64,000 nt of DNA from Pseudomonadota bacterium (GTDB taxonomy: Bacteria; Myxococcota; JACRCW01; JAFGSX01), in contig JBDRCO010000118.1 in the NCBI GenBank assembly GCA_043821645.1, forward strand, positions 32,001 to 96,000, written 5' to 3'. Below the pieces are notes generated by a model that saw only the letters and a list, made by a program, of their open reading frames with translations, did not search any database and was not told the DNA's origin. How positions within the stretch are numbered: position 1 is the stretch's first letter; each line of letters opens with the position of its first letter. This document shows, one piece after another, positions 26,041-35,800 of the stretch. The position numbers and the translations under genes were made by a program.

Positions 26041-29000
26041 TCAGAAAACCGTGAAGTCCGTATAGTACAGATACAGACGGATATCCGTCATCCCGTCGAG
26101 CGAGATGTCCTGGTTGGCCGTCTCGTCGACCATGTTCAGCACCAGCTCCCAGCGCGTGTTCAGGTAGGGACGATCGGTGAAGCGCGTGTTGCGATACACC
26201 GTGGGATCGAACGCATTCTGGTCCAGGAAGAACACGTTGATGACAGCCGTGCGCTCGGGGAAGGTGAAGTACAGGATCTCGTCGCTCACCGAGGACACCG
26301 CCGAGGTGCCGCGTGCACGCAGGTAGAGGCGCGCGGTCTGGTCGCCGTAATCAGACCCGATGATCTGGGCTTGCACGTACTTGATCTTGTGGTTGCGCGT
26401 CAGCGGTGACAGCTCGTCGAGCTGGCTGCTGAAGGGCACCGTGATGTAGCCCGCCTCGTCGAGGATCGCCGGGTCCTGCAGACGCTCCCGGAACAGGGCG
26501 ATGCGCTCGCCCTGGCTCAGCGGCGCCCCCACCGCGCTCAGGGTGGGGATGCGCATGATGTCGTCGCGCAGCGACAGCCGGGTCACGCGCAGATCGGGGT
26601 TGCCGTACTGGTCCTCGAACTCCCGGAACGCGTCCTCGAGCTCGATCAGGTAGTTCTGCAGGTTGTAGTCGCCACGGGTGATCATGCGCACCAAAAACAG
26701 CTGGTCGAGGCGCGCGTAGCTCTGGCTGGTGTAGTACTCGTACACCCGGGTCGCCTTGTAGACCTCGCGCAGCGCCGAGTAAAAGGTCTTGTCGGCGTTG
26801 ATCACGGCGTCGTTGCGATAGATGCGCACGTTGGGGTTGTTGCGCGCTGCCTCGACGTTGATGGTCAGCTGCTGGGTCTCCTCGAGCTCGTCCTGCAGTC
26901 GCTTGGCCTGCTGCCTCAGCTGCTGCACCCGCGACATGGCCTGCTGCATCTCGTAGGCCCCGCGCAGCGCATCCACCTGCAGTTCGTTGAGGCGCAGGTT
27001 GATGGTCTTCACCCGGGCCGCGCTGTCGATCTGATTGAGCCCATCTCCGTCGTCATTGCACTGCATGTCGAAGCTGATCTGACCCTCTTGCTTTTGCAGG
27101 TCGCGCAGCTTGTCCTGCTTGGCCGTGATGGTGGCATGCAGGGCGGCCTGGGCCACCTCGTTGACACCGATGGCGACGCCAAAGATGGTGGCCGAGATCG
27201 CCGCCGCCGGGCAGTCCGAGCCATTGGACAGGCCCGCGACGATCATGCACTTGCCCAGTCCGGCGATGGTCTGGGCGGCCTGGAGCACGCGGTCCGCTTC
27301 CTGCGAGGCATAGCCGCACCAGTCGATGACGTCCTGCACGCTGTCTTGCTGGTCGCGCAGGCTCACGTAGGTGCTGCGGAAGGAGTCCACCGCGTTGCAG
27401 GCGGCGTTGATCCGGTCTTCCTCGATCTTGGCCTCGGCGATGGTGTTGTCCATGGATACGCGGACCTTCTGCATGTCCACGATCTCGAGGTCGATGGCGC
27501 CCATGGCCTCGTGCAGCTGGCCAGTGCCCATGAGGCCGCAGGGATCCCCGAGCAGCTCGGCGCGGGGATCCAGGTACGCGTACTTGCGGATCGCCGGGTA
27601 CACGTGCGAGCCCGCGGCGAAGGTGCCGCACAGCTCGGCGAGCTGGCCCTCGTAGTTGTTCTCGACCCGGATCAGCTCGCTCTGAAAGCTCGCCTCGTCG
27701 ACATCGAAGCTGCGCGTGGTCTGCAGCGCCACGTCCTCGGCCTGCTGCGCGATCTGCAGGCGCTGCCAGGCGCGGGCGCCCAGCACCTCGAAGCCGTTGT
27801 CCCGGGCCACCGAGGCCTCGGTCGAGGGGAAGGGGATGTAGTCCGGCGCGTAGCCAAAGTAGTTGATCTCGTCGCTGATGGCATCGTACTGGCTGCGCAT
27901 CTCGGTCAGCGCCACGCGGTAACTGATCTGAGCGTCCTGGATGGACTTGGAGATCTGCGCCACGTTCTCGGGCCGAGTCGAGTCGCCAATGCGCTGCATC
28001 AGGTTGGTCAGGATGATGGACTCGAGGTAGGCCGCCGTGTAGCCGCGCTCGATGACCAGGCGCGCCAGATCTGGCCGGTTGAAGTTCTGGTAGCGCTTGC
28101 TCACCTCGCTCCACACCTTGACCTTTTGGGTCGAGGCTCTGATCAGACGCCCCAGGTACTCGACCACCGTCTCCTGGCCGGCGATCTCTGGCAGTCCCTG
28201 GTCGAGTGCGCTCTGCAGCGCCGGCAGCAGGTGGAAGAAGCGCTCGAGCCCGAGCTGGTAGTACTGGGTCGCCCGGTACAGGTTGTACATCTCGGCACCG
28301 GCAATGCCCGACAGATTGATGCCGCCCGGCTCGAATAGCGAACCCTCGAACGAGGCCACGTTGAGCCCCGCGAGGTCAAAACGCGAACTCAGAGCCTTGG
28401 TGTAGCCGTCGTCACCCAGCATGACCAGCAGCTCGACGTACAGCTTCTCGAAGCCAGAGTGATAGATCGTGGTGTCCAAATCAGGGTCCCGCTGTGCGTC
28501 GTAGGCCAGGGTCTCGTGCAGGAAGATGCGCGACTTGTCACGCATGGTGGTCGACAGCTCGTCGTAGCGATGGACGTAGAGCGCGAGCAGGCAATCGATG
28601 CGCTCCTGGGCCTGGCGAATGCCCTCGGGGTCAAAGCAGTAGGGCACGGTCTCGGCCGAGGCCTGACACAGCGAGGGCACGAAGCCCAGTCCTGTCCCCT
28701 GCCGGTTCTGGAAACGCGTGCGGTAGCGGAAGGCGTCGTCCACGGCCGAGGCCAGGGGCAAGAAGGCCACCTGGCTGCTCTGGCCCATCTTGTAGAAGTT
28801 CTTGCCGGCGCGCAGCTCGAGCCTGTCCGTCGAGCAGTACACCTGGTTGGAGTCCTGACAGGTCCACACCAGATCGGCATCGCCGGGTGCGATCTGTCCC
28901 TGCAGCACCCGGCCCTGGCGCTGCCAGTCGAGCAGGGTCGCCTTGCAGCCCAGGGTCTTGTCGTGCTGATGCTGGCGGCAGTCATGGCCGTCGATGGTGG

Positions 29001-32000
29001 AGCGAGAGATGACGCCGCGGTCGACGGAGAAGTAGATGATCCGACTTCCCGGCGGGCAGGCGTGGAGGTCTTCATCCCCCGAGGTGGCGATGCTGCCCTT
29101 GTCGAAGAGGTCGGTCTCCTCGCACAGGTAGTGCACCATCTCGCCGGTGGCATCCGCCTCGTCGATGAGCTGCGGGGTCTGGGTGGTGTCGCGACCGAAC
29201 AGCAGCACGCTGGCCAGGGGGCTCGGATCGTCCGAGGGACCGATGCCCACGCCCATGCGCGAGTTCAACTCCGCGAGCAAGGTTGGCGAGCAGGCCAGGG
29301 GGGCCGGCGAGGTCTGTGTTCCCAGGTTGGTGGGAGGCACCGAGCCCTGGTAGGCCGTCTCGTCGAGGTCCGTCTCGCCTCTCCGCAGCACCATGTAGCC
29401 ATAGGCCACCAGGTCGTTGGCCGGATCGTTGTCGAACAGGGACAGCACGCGCTCTCGGAACACCAGGAACAGCGTGTCGGTATTGATGAGCGCACCGTCC
29501 ACCAGCTCGATGTGGCGACGTCGTTCGCGACCGTCGGGCACAGGATTGGCGCCGGCCAGGCTACGGTCGAGGTCGGCGGTACCGCTGCCACTCAGGGGCA
29601 TGGTGCTGTCGCGGCACTCGTTGCGGTAGCGACGGCCGGTCTCGGCGTCCAGCGTGCTCCCGGCTTGCAGACCCGGCACCAGCCAGGGCACCTGCTGCGG
29701 CTGGTAGCGACTCGAGCAGGCGTCGGAGATGTAGCGGCCGCCGACCGCGATGTCGGCGTCGAAGCTCTGCATGAAGACCATGCAGCCGGCTTCACCCTCG
29801 CTCGAGCACTGAGCGGGATCGTTGGCAAAGCGGATGTCCAGGGCCGGATTGCCGGCGTACTGCAAGGCCCGCAGGCTGTCGATGCGACCATGGTAGACCG
29901 AGGCCGAGGCGGCGCTGGGCGCGATGTTCATGGCAAAGGGGTACTCGACCACGCCCGAGGGCACGGGCTCTTCGTCCGGTTCGAAGGTGTAGACCTCGTA
30001 GCCATCGGTGTTGAGGTAGGGGTAGCAGATGCGGCCAGCGCCGCATTTCTCGCGCATGGCGGCCGAACGCCACGACTCGGTGCGGGTCGAGGTGAGCAGG
30101 GCCCTGAACTTCATCAGGTCGAAATGCTGGGTGCGAAAGCGCGCCCAGGCTTGCAGGAAGCCATTCTTGATCCCCGCCACCAGGGCATCATCGTGCGCGC
30201 CCTGCTGCCACGCTTGCAGTCCGTTCTCGTCGACGCGGAAATCACCGAAGTAGTAGATCGAGCCTGTCCAGGACCCGATGGGGCGCTCGCTGTAGCGCAG
30301 CAGCACGGTCTTGCGCACGGTGCCATTGTCGACCTCGAGCTGGCCGGCCCACAGGCTCTGGCCAAACCCCGTGGCGCCCTGGACCGAGAGCACGGCGCTC
30401 TGTCCTGACGCCAGTGCAAACGACAGGCTCACGCCGTCGCTGGTCCCGAGCGAGGTGCCTTCGTGCTCGGCGCCAAGGCTCAACCACCACAGCGGGCAGT
30501 TGGGGTGCTCGCAGATCAGGCGGCAGTCACTGCCTTGACACACACAGCCAGGCTCGCTGCCACTGCAGCTGGGCAGGTGACACACGTCGTCACTGTCGCA
30601 GCTCAGTGCCAGACCCGAGCTCAGCGGCGCGCAGATCTTCTCGGCATTCACGGTGCGGCAGCGGCAGCCCGGCGTGCCCGCGGTGCAGGCATCGATGTCG
30701 CGCCGCCTCTCGTCGCCACGCACGGCCAGAGCGATCTCGCGCTTGCGGTCCTGGGCGTCGGTGTAGGTGTGCTTGAGCTTGCGCACGGTGTAGCTCGCGG
30801 TGGCGCGCGAGGTGTTGGTCACCACCACGGTGCCCGCGCCCATGCCCGTGCTGAAGGTCAGCTGCGCGGGTTGCACGCTGAAGGGCTCGGGCGGGGTCTG
30901 GTCCGCGCTGACGTCACTGTCGCCATAGGGCATGCAGACGCCGGGCTCGCCGTAGGCCGCGTCGCAGAAGTAATCGCGCGGCGGGCAGGTGTCGTCGCCC
31001 TGGGTGCAGCTGAGGCGACACACGTGCTGCTTGCACTCGGCGCCGCTGATGCAGTCGTCCGAGGACATGCAGTTGGTGCGACACATGCCCTGCAGGCAGG
31101 TGTGGAACTGCGGACAGTCGACGTCTCGCTGGCAGCTGTGCGGGCTCTCTCCGGGGACCAGGCACTGGCCGGGGTCGACGCAGGAGCGGCCGGGCAGGCA
31201 GCCCTCCATCAAGCCTTCGGACGAGCAGGTGTGAATGCCGTCCGCCCCTTCGTAGCCGTCGTTGCAGGGCGTGTAGCACTTGACCGCGGGGTTCGCGCTC
31301 AGGGAGAAGCCGGCGGTGGCGACGCACATCCCGCCCTGGCACTCAAGCCCGGCGTTGCAGCCACTCTGGTCATTGCAGCCGCAGGCCTGGGTGCCGGTGC
31401 TGCAGGGCACGCACACGGCGTCCTGGCAGCGGTTGCCGCGCAGGCAGCCCCCGCTCGCGTCGCAGGGTCCGCCGGTGGATCCGGTGCCGTCGACGCACAG
31501 GCGACCGGCCTGGCACAGCAGGCCAGGGTTGCAGCCTCCGCCAGCGCAGGCGCAGTTCTCGGTGCCGGCGCTGCAGCCATCGGGCATACAATAGCCATCG
31601 CGACAGCTCACGTCGTCGTCGACACACTGGTAGCCTGCCAGGCAGGCGCAGCCGGTCTGTCCGGGGGCGCACTGCGAGGACATGCAGACGTTGCTGGAGT
31701 CGCAGGTCAGCAGCTCGTTGGCGGCGCTCACCCCGCAGTGCCCGCCCTCCTGGCAAGCGCACCCTTCTCGACCCAGCGGGCACACCACGGGCACGCACAG
31801 GTTCTGCGCTCCGCACATCAGGCTGTCATCGCTGCACAGGCCACCGCTGAGGCAGCGACAGCCCTCGGTGCCGGGCGGGCAGGCGGCCAGCTCACACACG
31901 TTGTCGGTGTTACAGGCGTGCTGCTCGTCGCTGCAGCTGCCGTCCGACAGGCAGGCACAGCCCAGGGCACCGTCGTCACATGCAGGCTGCTGGCAGGTGC

Positions 32001-32226
32001 CGCTCACGCACTGCAGCGCAACGCCCGCCGCGTCGTCGAGACAGGTGCCGTCGGTCAGGCAATCGCAGCCGAGGGTGCCCAGGGTACAGGCGGCATCGGC
32101 ATGGGTGCCGGCGTCGGGCTTCGGCTCCTCGGGCCCGCAGGCCAGCGCCAGGACGGGCAACAGCAGCGCGAGCCCCCGCGTCCACAAGTGTCGACTGCGA
32201 CCGAGACGACGTGCGTTCTGGGACAT
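26041..32226 (-). CDS. giant lipoprotein (2061 aa): Cys-rich stalk plus a TcA-like channel and TcB-binding C-terminus
   Basis: Lipobox LALAC and many CxxGxxGCxC repeats. C-terminal coiled coil, hydrophobic hairpin, second coiled coil, then LSL, HKIKYV and RPYLNTRWELVL...ISLDGMTDIRLYLYYT. The CDS is certain; the TcA-like call is by motif order. Confidence 0.65.
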   Translation of the reverse strand: MSQNARRLGRSRHLWTRGLALLLPVLALACGPEEPKPDAGTHADAACTLGTLGCDCLTDGTCLDDAAGVALQCVSGTCQQPACDDGALGCACLSDGSCSDEQHACNTDNVCELAACPPGTEGCRCLSGGLCSDDSLMCGAQNLCVPVVCPLGREGCACQEGGHCGVSAANELLTCDSSNVCMSSQCAPGQTGCACLAGYQCVDDDVSCRDGYCMPDGCSAGTENCACAGGGCNPGLLCQAGRLCVDGTGSTGGPCDASGGCLRGNRCQDAVCVPCSTGTQACGCNDQSGCNAGLECQGGMCVATAGFSLSANPAVKCYTPCNDGYEGADGIHTCSSEGLMEGCLPGRSCVDPGQCLVPGESPHSCQRDVDCPQFHTCLQGMCRTNCMSSDDCISGAECKQHVCRLSCTQGDDTCPPRDYFCDAAYGEPGVCMPYGDSDVSADQTPPEPFSVQPAQLTFSTGMGAGTVVVTNTSRATASYTVRKLKHTYTDAQDRKREIALAVRGDERRRDIDACTAGTPGCRCRTVNAEKICAPLSSGLALSCDSDDVCHLPSCSGSEPGCVCQGSDCRLICEHPNCPLWWLSLGAEHEGTSLGTSDGVSLSFALASGQSAVLSVQGATGFGQSLWAGQLEVDNGTVRKTVLLRYSERPIGSWTGSIYYFGDFRVDENGLQAWQQGAHDDALVAGIKNGFLQAWARFRTQHFDLMKFRALLTSTRTESWRSAAMREKCGAGRICYPYLNTDGYEVYTFEPDEEPVPSGVVEYPFAMNIAPSAASASVYHGRIDSLRALQYAGNPALDIRFANDPAQCSSEGEAGCMVFMQSFDADIAVGGRYISDACSSRYQPQQVPWLVPGLQAGSTLDAETGRRYRNECRDSTMPLSGSGTADLDRSLAGANPVPDGRERRRHIELVDGALINTDTLFLVFRERVLSLFDNDPANDLVAYGYMVLRRGETDLDETAYQGSVPPTNLGTQTSPAPLACSPTLLAELNSRMGVGIGPSDDPSPLASVLLFGRDTTQTPQLIDEADATGEMVHYLCEETDLFDKGSIATSGDEDLHACPPGSRIIYFSVDRGVISRSTIDGHDCRQHQHDKTLGCKATLLDWQRQGRVLQGQIAPGDADLVWTCQDSNQVYCSTDRLELRAGKNFYKMGQSSQVAFLPLASAVDDAFRYRTRFQNRQGTGLGFVPSLCQASAETVPYCFDPEGIRQAQERIDCLLALYVHRYDELSTTMRDKSRIFLHETLAYDAQRDPDLDTTIYHSGFEKLYVELLVMLGDDGYTKALSSRFDLAGLNVASFEGSLFEPGGINLSGIAGAEMYNLYRATQYYQLGLERFFHLLPALQSALDQGLPEIAGQETVVEYLGRLIRASTQKVKVWSEVSKRYQNFNRPDLARLVIERGYTAAYLESIILTNLMQRIGDSTRPENVAQISKSIQDAQISYRVALTEMRSQYDAISDEINYFGYAPDYIPFPSTEASVARDNGFEVLGARAWQRLQIAQQAEDVALQTTRSFDVDEASFQSELIRVENNYEGQLAELCGTFAAGSHVYPAIRKYAYLDPRAELLGDPCGLMGTGQLHEAMGAIDLEIVDMQKVRVSMDNTIAEAKIEEDRINAACNAVDSFRSTYVSLRDQQDSVQDVIDWCGYASQEADRVLQAAQTIAGLGKCMIVAGLSNGSDCPAAAISATIFGVAIGVNEVAQAALHATITAKQDKLRDLQKQEGQISFDMQCNDDGDGLNQIDSAARVKTINLRLNELQVDALRGAYEMQQAMSRVQQLRQQAKRLQDELEETQQLTINVEAARNNPNVRIYRNDAVINADKTFYSALREVYKATRVYEYYTSQSYARLDQLFLVRMITRGDYNLQNYLIELEDAFREFEDQYGNPDLRVTRLSLRDDIMRIPTLSAVGAPLSQGERIALFRERLQDPAILDEAGYITVPFSSQLDELSPLTRNHKIKYVQAQIIGSDYGDQTARLYLRARGTSAVSSVSDEILYFTFPERTAVINVFFLDQNAFDPTVYRNTRFTDRPYLNTRWELVLNMVDETANQDISLDGMTDIRLYLYYTDFTVF

Positions 32227-32253
32227 GTCACGCTCCTGCAGGTTGCCCTGCGT

Positions 32254-32793
32254 TCAGTTCCCGAGATTGAGCGACACGCTGGCACCGGCCAGGGCCGCAC
32301 CGTCGTGGCCAAAGCAAGACGAGGTGACAACCTGCAGGGCGGCCAGCGAGCCTGCGCCACCGGGCTTGAGGGTCAGTTCCACGTCGCTCGCAGCAATGGC
32401 CGTGTCGGCGGCTGCGGTAAAGGCCAGGGCCAGGCGATCACCCTCGTGGATGGCCTTGCCCTGCAGCGCGCTGCCGTAGACCACCTGCACGTCGGTGGCG
32501 TGCTCGAGCAGAACCTCGCAGGCGCGCGCGTCGGGACTGCTGACCACCAAGCCCACCTGGGCCACCACGGGCTGGCACAGCTCGGCGCGGCATTCGAGTC
32601 CGGCGTTGCACTGCCCCGCATGGCAGGCGCAACCCTGCGTGCCAGGCGTGCAAGCCACCGTGGCGTCCTTGGTCTCGGGAGGTGGGTTGCAGCCATCGCA
32701 GGCCGCGCCGAGCACCAACGCCAGGACACACAGCCCCGAAACACCTGCGCGCGCGAAGCCACGAACCCGGCTCAGGGTGTTCTTGTGTCGCAT
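32254..32793 (-). CDS. small lipoprotein with one Cys-rich repeat and a beta-sandwich (possibly cohesin-like) domain
   Basis: GGAGG RBS before ATG 32793. Lipobox LGAAC. CTPGTQGCAC repeat like those of the next gene. Alternating beta-strand pattern. Confidence 0.7.
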   Translation of the reverse strand: MRHKNTLSRVRGFARAGVSGLCVLALVLGAACDGCNPPPETKDATVACTPGTQGCACHAGQCNAGLECRAELCQPVVAQVGLVVSSPDARACEVLLEHATDVQVVYGSALQGKAIHEGDRLALAFTAAADTAIAASDVELTLKPGGAGSLAALQVVTSSCFGHDGAALAGASVSLNLGN

Positions 32794-32842
32794 TCGAACC
32801 TCCAGCGTCGCGACCAGGCGACGCGTGCCTGGCCGGTCACCA

Positions 32843-35800
32843 TCACCACGTGTGACTGACGTCTGCACTCATGGCTGCGTGGTTGATCAATCCTGCCGTC
32901 GAGACGATGGTCTTGACGCCCTGCACGCCCAGAGAAATGCCGATGAGAGCCTTGGTCACCTGCGCGCCCGCCAGGGCGGTCCTGGTGACGCTCGCCGTCG
33001 ACGCAATGATGCCGACAACATCGAGCAGGAAGCCGCCTCCGATGTGATCGATCGAATGGTCGTAGAGCTTCTGCTGACCCTTGGACATGCTGCCCCCACC
33101 CGCAAGGATCTTGTTGCCCTTGACGATGGTCTTGGCGCTCTGGACGGTCCGGAATACATCGAACAGGGTTCCAGCCGCACTGCCAGCGACGAGGATGCTC
33201 GCCACCACAGGGGCCGCAGCACCGAAGGTCATGACTGTTGCGGCGATGCCGAGTCCGAGCGCGATCACGGCAGTGGCGATTCGAAGCGCCGCGAAGATCT
33301 TGGGGTGCTTGACGATGAAGGGCTTGAGCTTGTTGGTCAGGGCGTTGCGCGTCGCCTTGTACAGCGTGTAGGGCGACTTGATGACCTTCCAGGCGCCCTT
33401 GCCAAAAGCCTTGAGACCGCGGCCAACGGCATTGAGCCTCTCACCTGTGCCGTCGGGGTCAAAACCCGAGACCGGATTGTCCGAGACGTAGGCGTAGCCG
33501 GTGGTCGACTCGCTGAGGACCTCGGCGTCGACGCCATCCTTGGTGAAGGTCAAGAAGGCGGGGTCGACGCTGTTCCAGCGCCCCAGATCCGGGTCGAGCA
33601 GGCGGTTCGCGAAGTGCAGCAGACCGCTGCCCTGGTCGATCTCCTGGCCGCTGAAGCCGAACTCGCCGAGCTCGCCGCTCTGGTAGCGCACTCCTCCATA
33701 GGGGAAGTAGCGACGGAGCCCGGTGATCTCGCCCTGGCTATCCGTCGCCAGGGTCACGCTGCCGGTGTGGTCGTAGTGCAGGTAGCGGTCGGTGTCCCGG
33801 TTGTCGACGAGGAGCCGGCGCGCTGCGCCCAGCAACAGGCGATCGACGGGCGAGGCCGGTTCGCTGCTCTGCACGATGCCCGCCTGCGCGGCCTGGGCGA
33901 TCCAGGCGTCACCAGCGGTGATCGCGTCGTCGGGGTTGTCGAGGGGAGCGGGACCCTGGAGCACCTGGGCCTGGATGGCGGTCGAGTCGAGCAGCGCCAG
34001 GCGCAGGTCATCGACGCGCGGGCTCAGGGTGGCCACGCCATCCTTCACCTGGTACTCCGGCGTGATGTAGTGCACCACACCTTCGGCCTCGACCTTGCTC
34101 ACGCGTTCGCGGGTGGCTCCGTAGGCCAGGGCCGTGCGCACGCCGGTGCCGTCGTCGACCTGAACCAGGCGACCCATGAAATCCCAGGCCAGGACCTTGT
34201 CACCGCGAGCGACCATGTTGCCGGCGGTGTCGTAGCTCATGTCCAGCGAACCCGCGGTGGTCACCGCGTTGGGCTGCGTGGCACCGTAGGTGTAGCTGCC
34301 GACGTGACCTTTGCTGGTCGCGCCCAGGCTCGAGGTGGCGCTCAGCAGGTTGTCGATGGCGTCGTAGCCGTAGCTCAGGGTCTCCTCGCCGCTGCGGCCG
34401 GGGTCGAGCACCGCCTGCGTCAGGCGACGGCGTGCATCGTAGCTGTACTGCGCGGCCAGGCCCGGGGTGTCGTCGGCAGGCGCCTCGAGGTCCTGGCTTT
34501 CGAGCAGCAGGTTGCCGCGGCTGTAGCGGTAGCGGGCGCCTTGCAGCAGGGTGCTGCCACGACGCAGGGACATCTCGCTGGGGCGCATGCGGCTGTCGTA
34601 GCTGCGCGCGTAGGTGAGCCCGTTGCCGTAGCTAAGCTGGCTGAGCTTGCCCTGCGCGTCGTAGGCGATCGCGGGGACCGCTTCACCCAGCGACGTGGGT
34701 CGTGACGCCGCGTCGTAGCCATAGTTCAGCACCCGGCCATCGGGATAGCGCGTGCTCAGCATCCGTCCGGCGTTGTCGAAGGCCGTGCTGACCTCGAACC
34801 AGAAACCTTCGAGCTGGCGGGCGGTGTAGATCTGGGCGTTGCGGACGTTGTAGCCAAAACGATCCTCGCCGGCGGGGTACTGCAGCGCGGCCAGGCGGCC
34901 GGCCAGGTTGGTGCACTTGGCCGCATCGCAGGCAGGCAGCGCGTCGTAGACGGCGCGGGCCAGGGTGGCGTCGCGGTTGCCGTCCTCGAAGCGTTCGAAC
35001 AGGCGGTTGTTGCCGTCGTATGCCGCGCGGGTCACCTTGCCGCGGCCATCGGTCAGGCGAACCACGTTCCCGGCGTCATCGTACGCGTAGCGCAGGGTGC
35101 CGGCGTTGGGGTCGTCGATCTGAACGACGCGACCCGCCAGGTCGTAGCGCTGCAACTTCTCGTGACCGAGGGCGTCGATGTAGCCCTGCACGTTGCCCAG
35201 CTCGTCGTAGGTGACCTGCAGGATCTCCGGTGTACCGCTGGCCTCGCTCAGGCGCTCGACGGTGAGGACACGCCCCAGCCCATCCATGTGCTGAACCGCG
35301 GGTGTGTCGGAGAAGGGGCTGCTGGCATCGCTGTCGTCCTCGTCAAAGATCAGGGTCTTGAGCGGCAGGTACTCGAACTTCTGCTGCGAGTTCGAGGTGT
35401 ACAGATCGGCGTCCTGGTGCGTGGCGATCAGCGGCCTGTCCAGCGCGTCGTAGCGCTGTGCATCGTAAGGCGTCCCGGCCGGGGGCGTGAGGTCACAGCT
35501 GGCCGATGTGGAGCCGTAGGGCTGGTAGGCCCTCTGCACCTGGCCGCGCAGGTTGAAGGTGGCGAAGCCTGCCACCTGGTACTGCCCGCTCTCGACGAGC
35601 ATGCGCTCCTGCACGGTGCGGCCTCGGCCATCCAGGCACTTGATGTGCTCGAGGTCGAGAGCACCGCCGACCTGCGTGCGGCTGCGCGTGATCACCCGGC
35701 TCACCGGGGACGCCAGCTCGTAGCTGTAGGTCTCGGTCGGGGCCGCGGCGCTGTCACCACCCGGGAGCACGCGCCAGGTCAGGCGCCCCATGTCGTCGTA

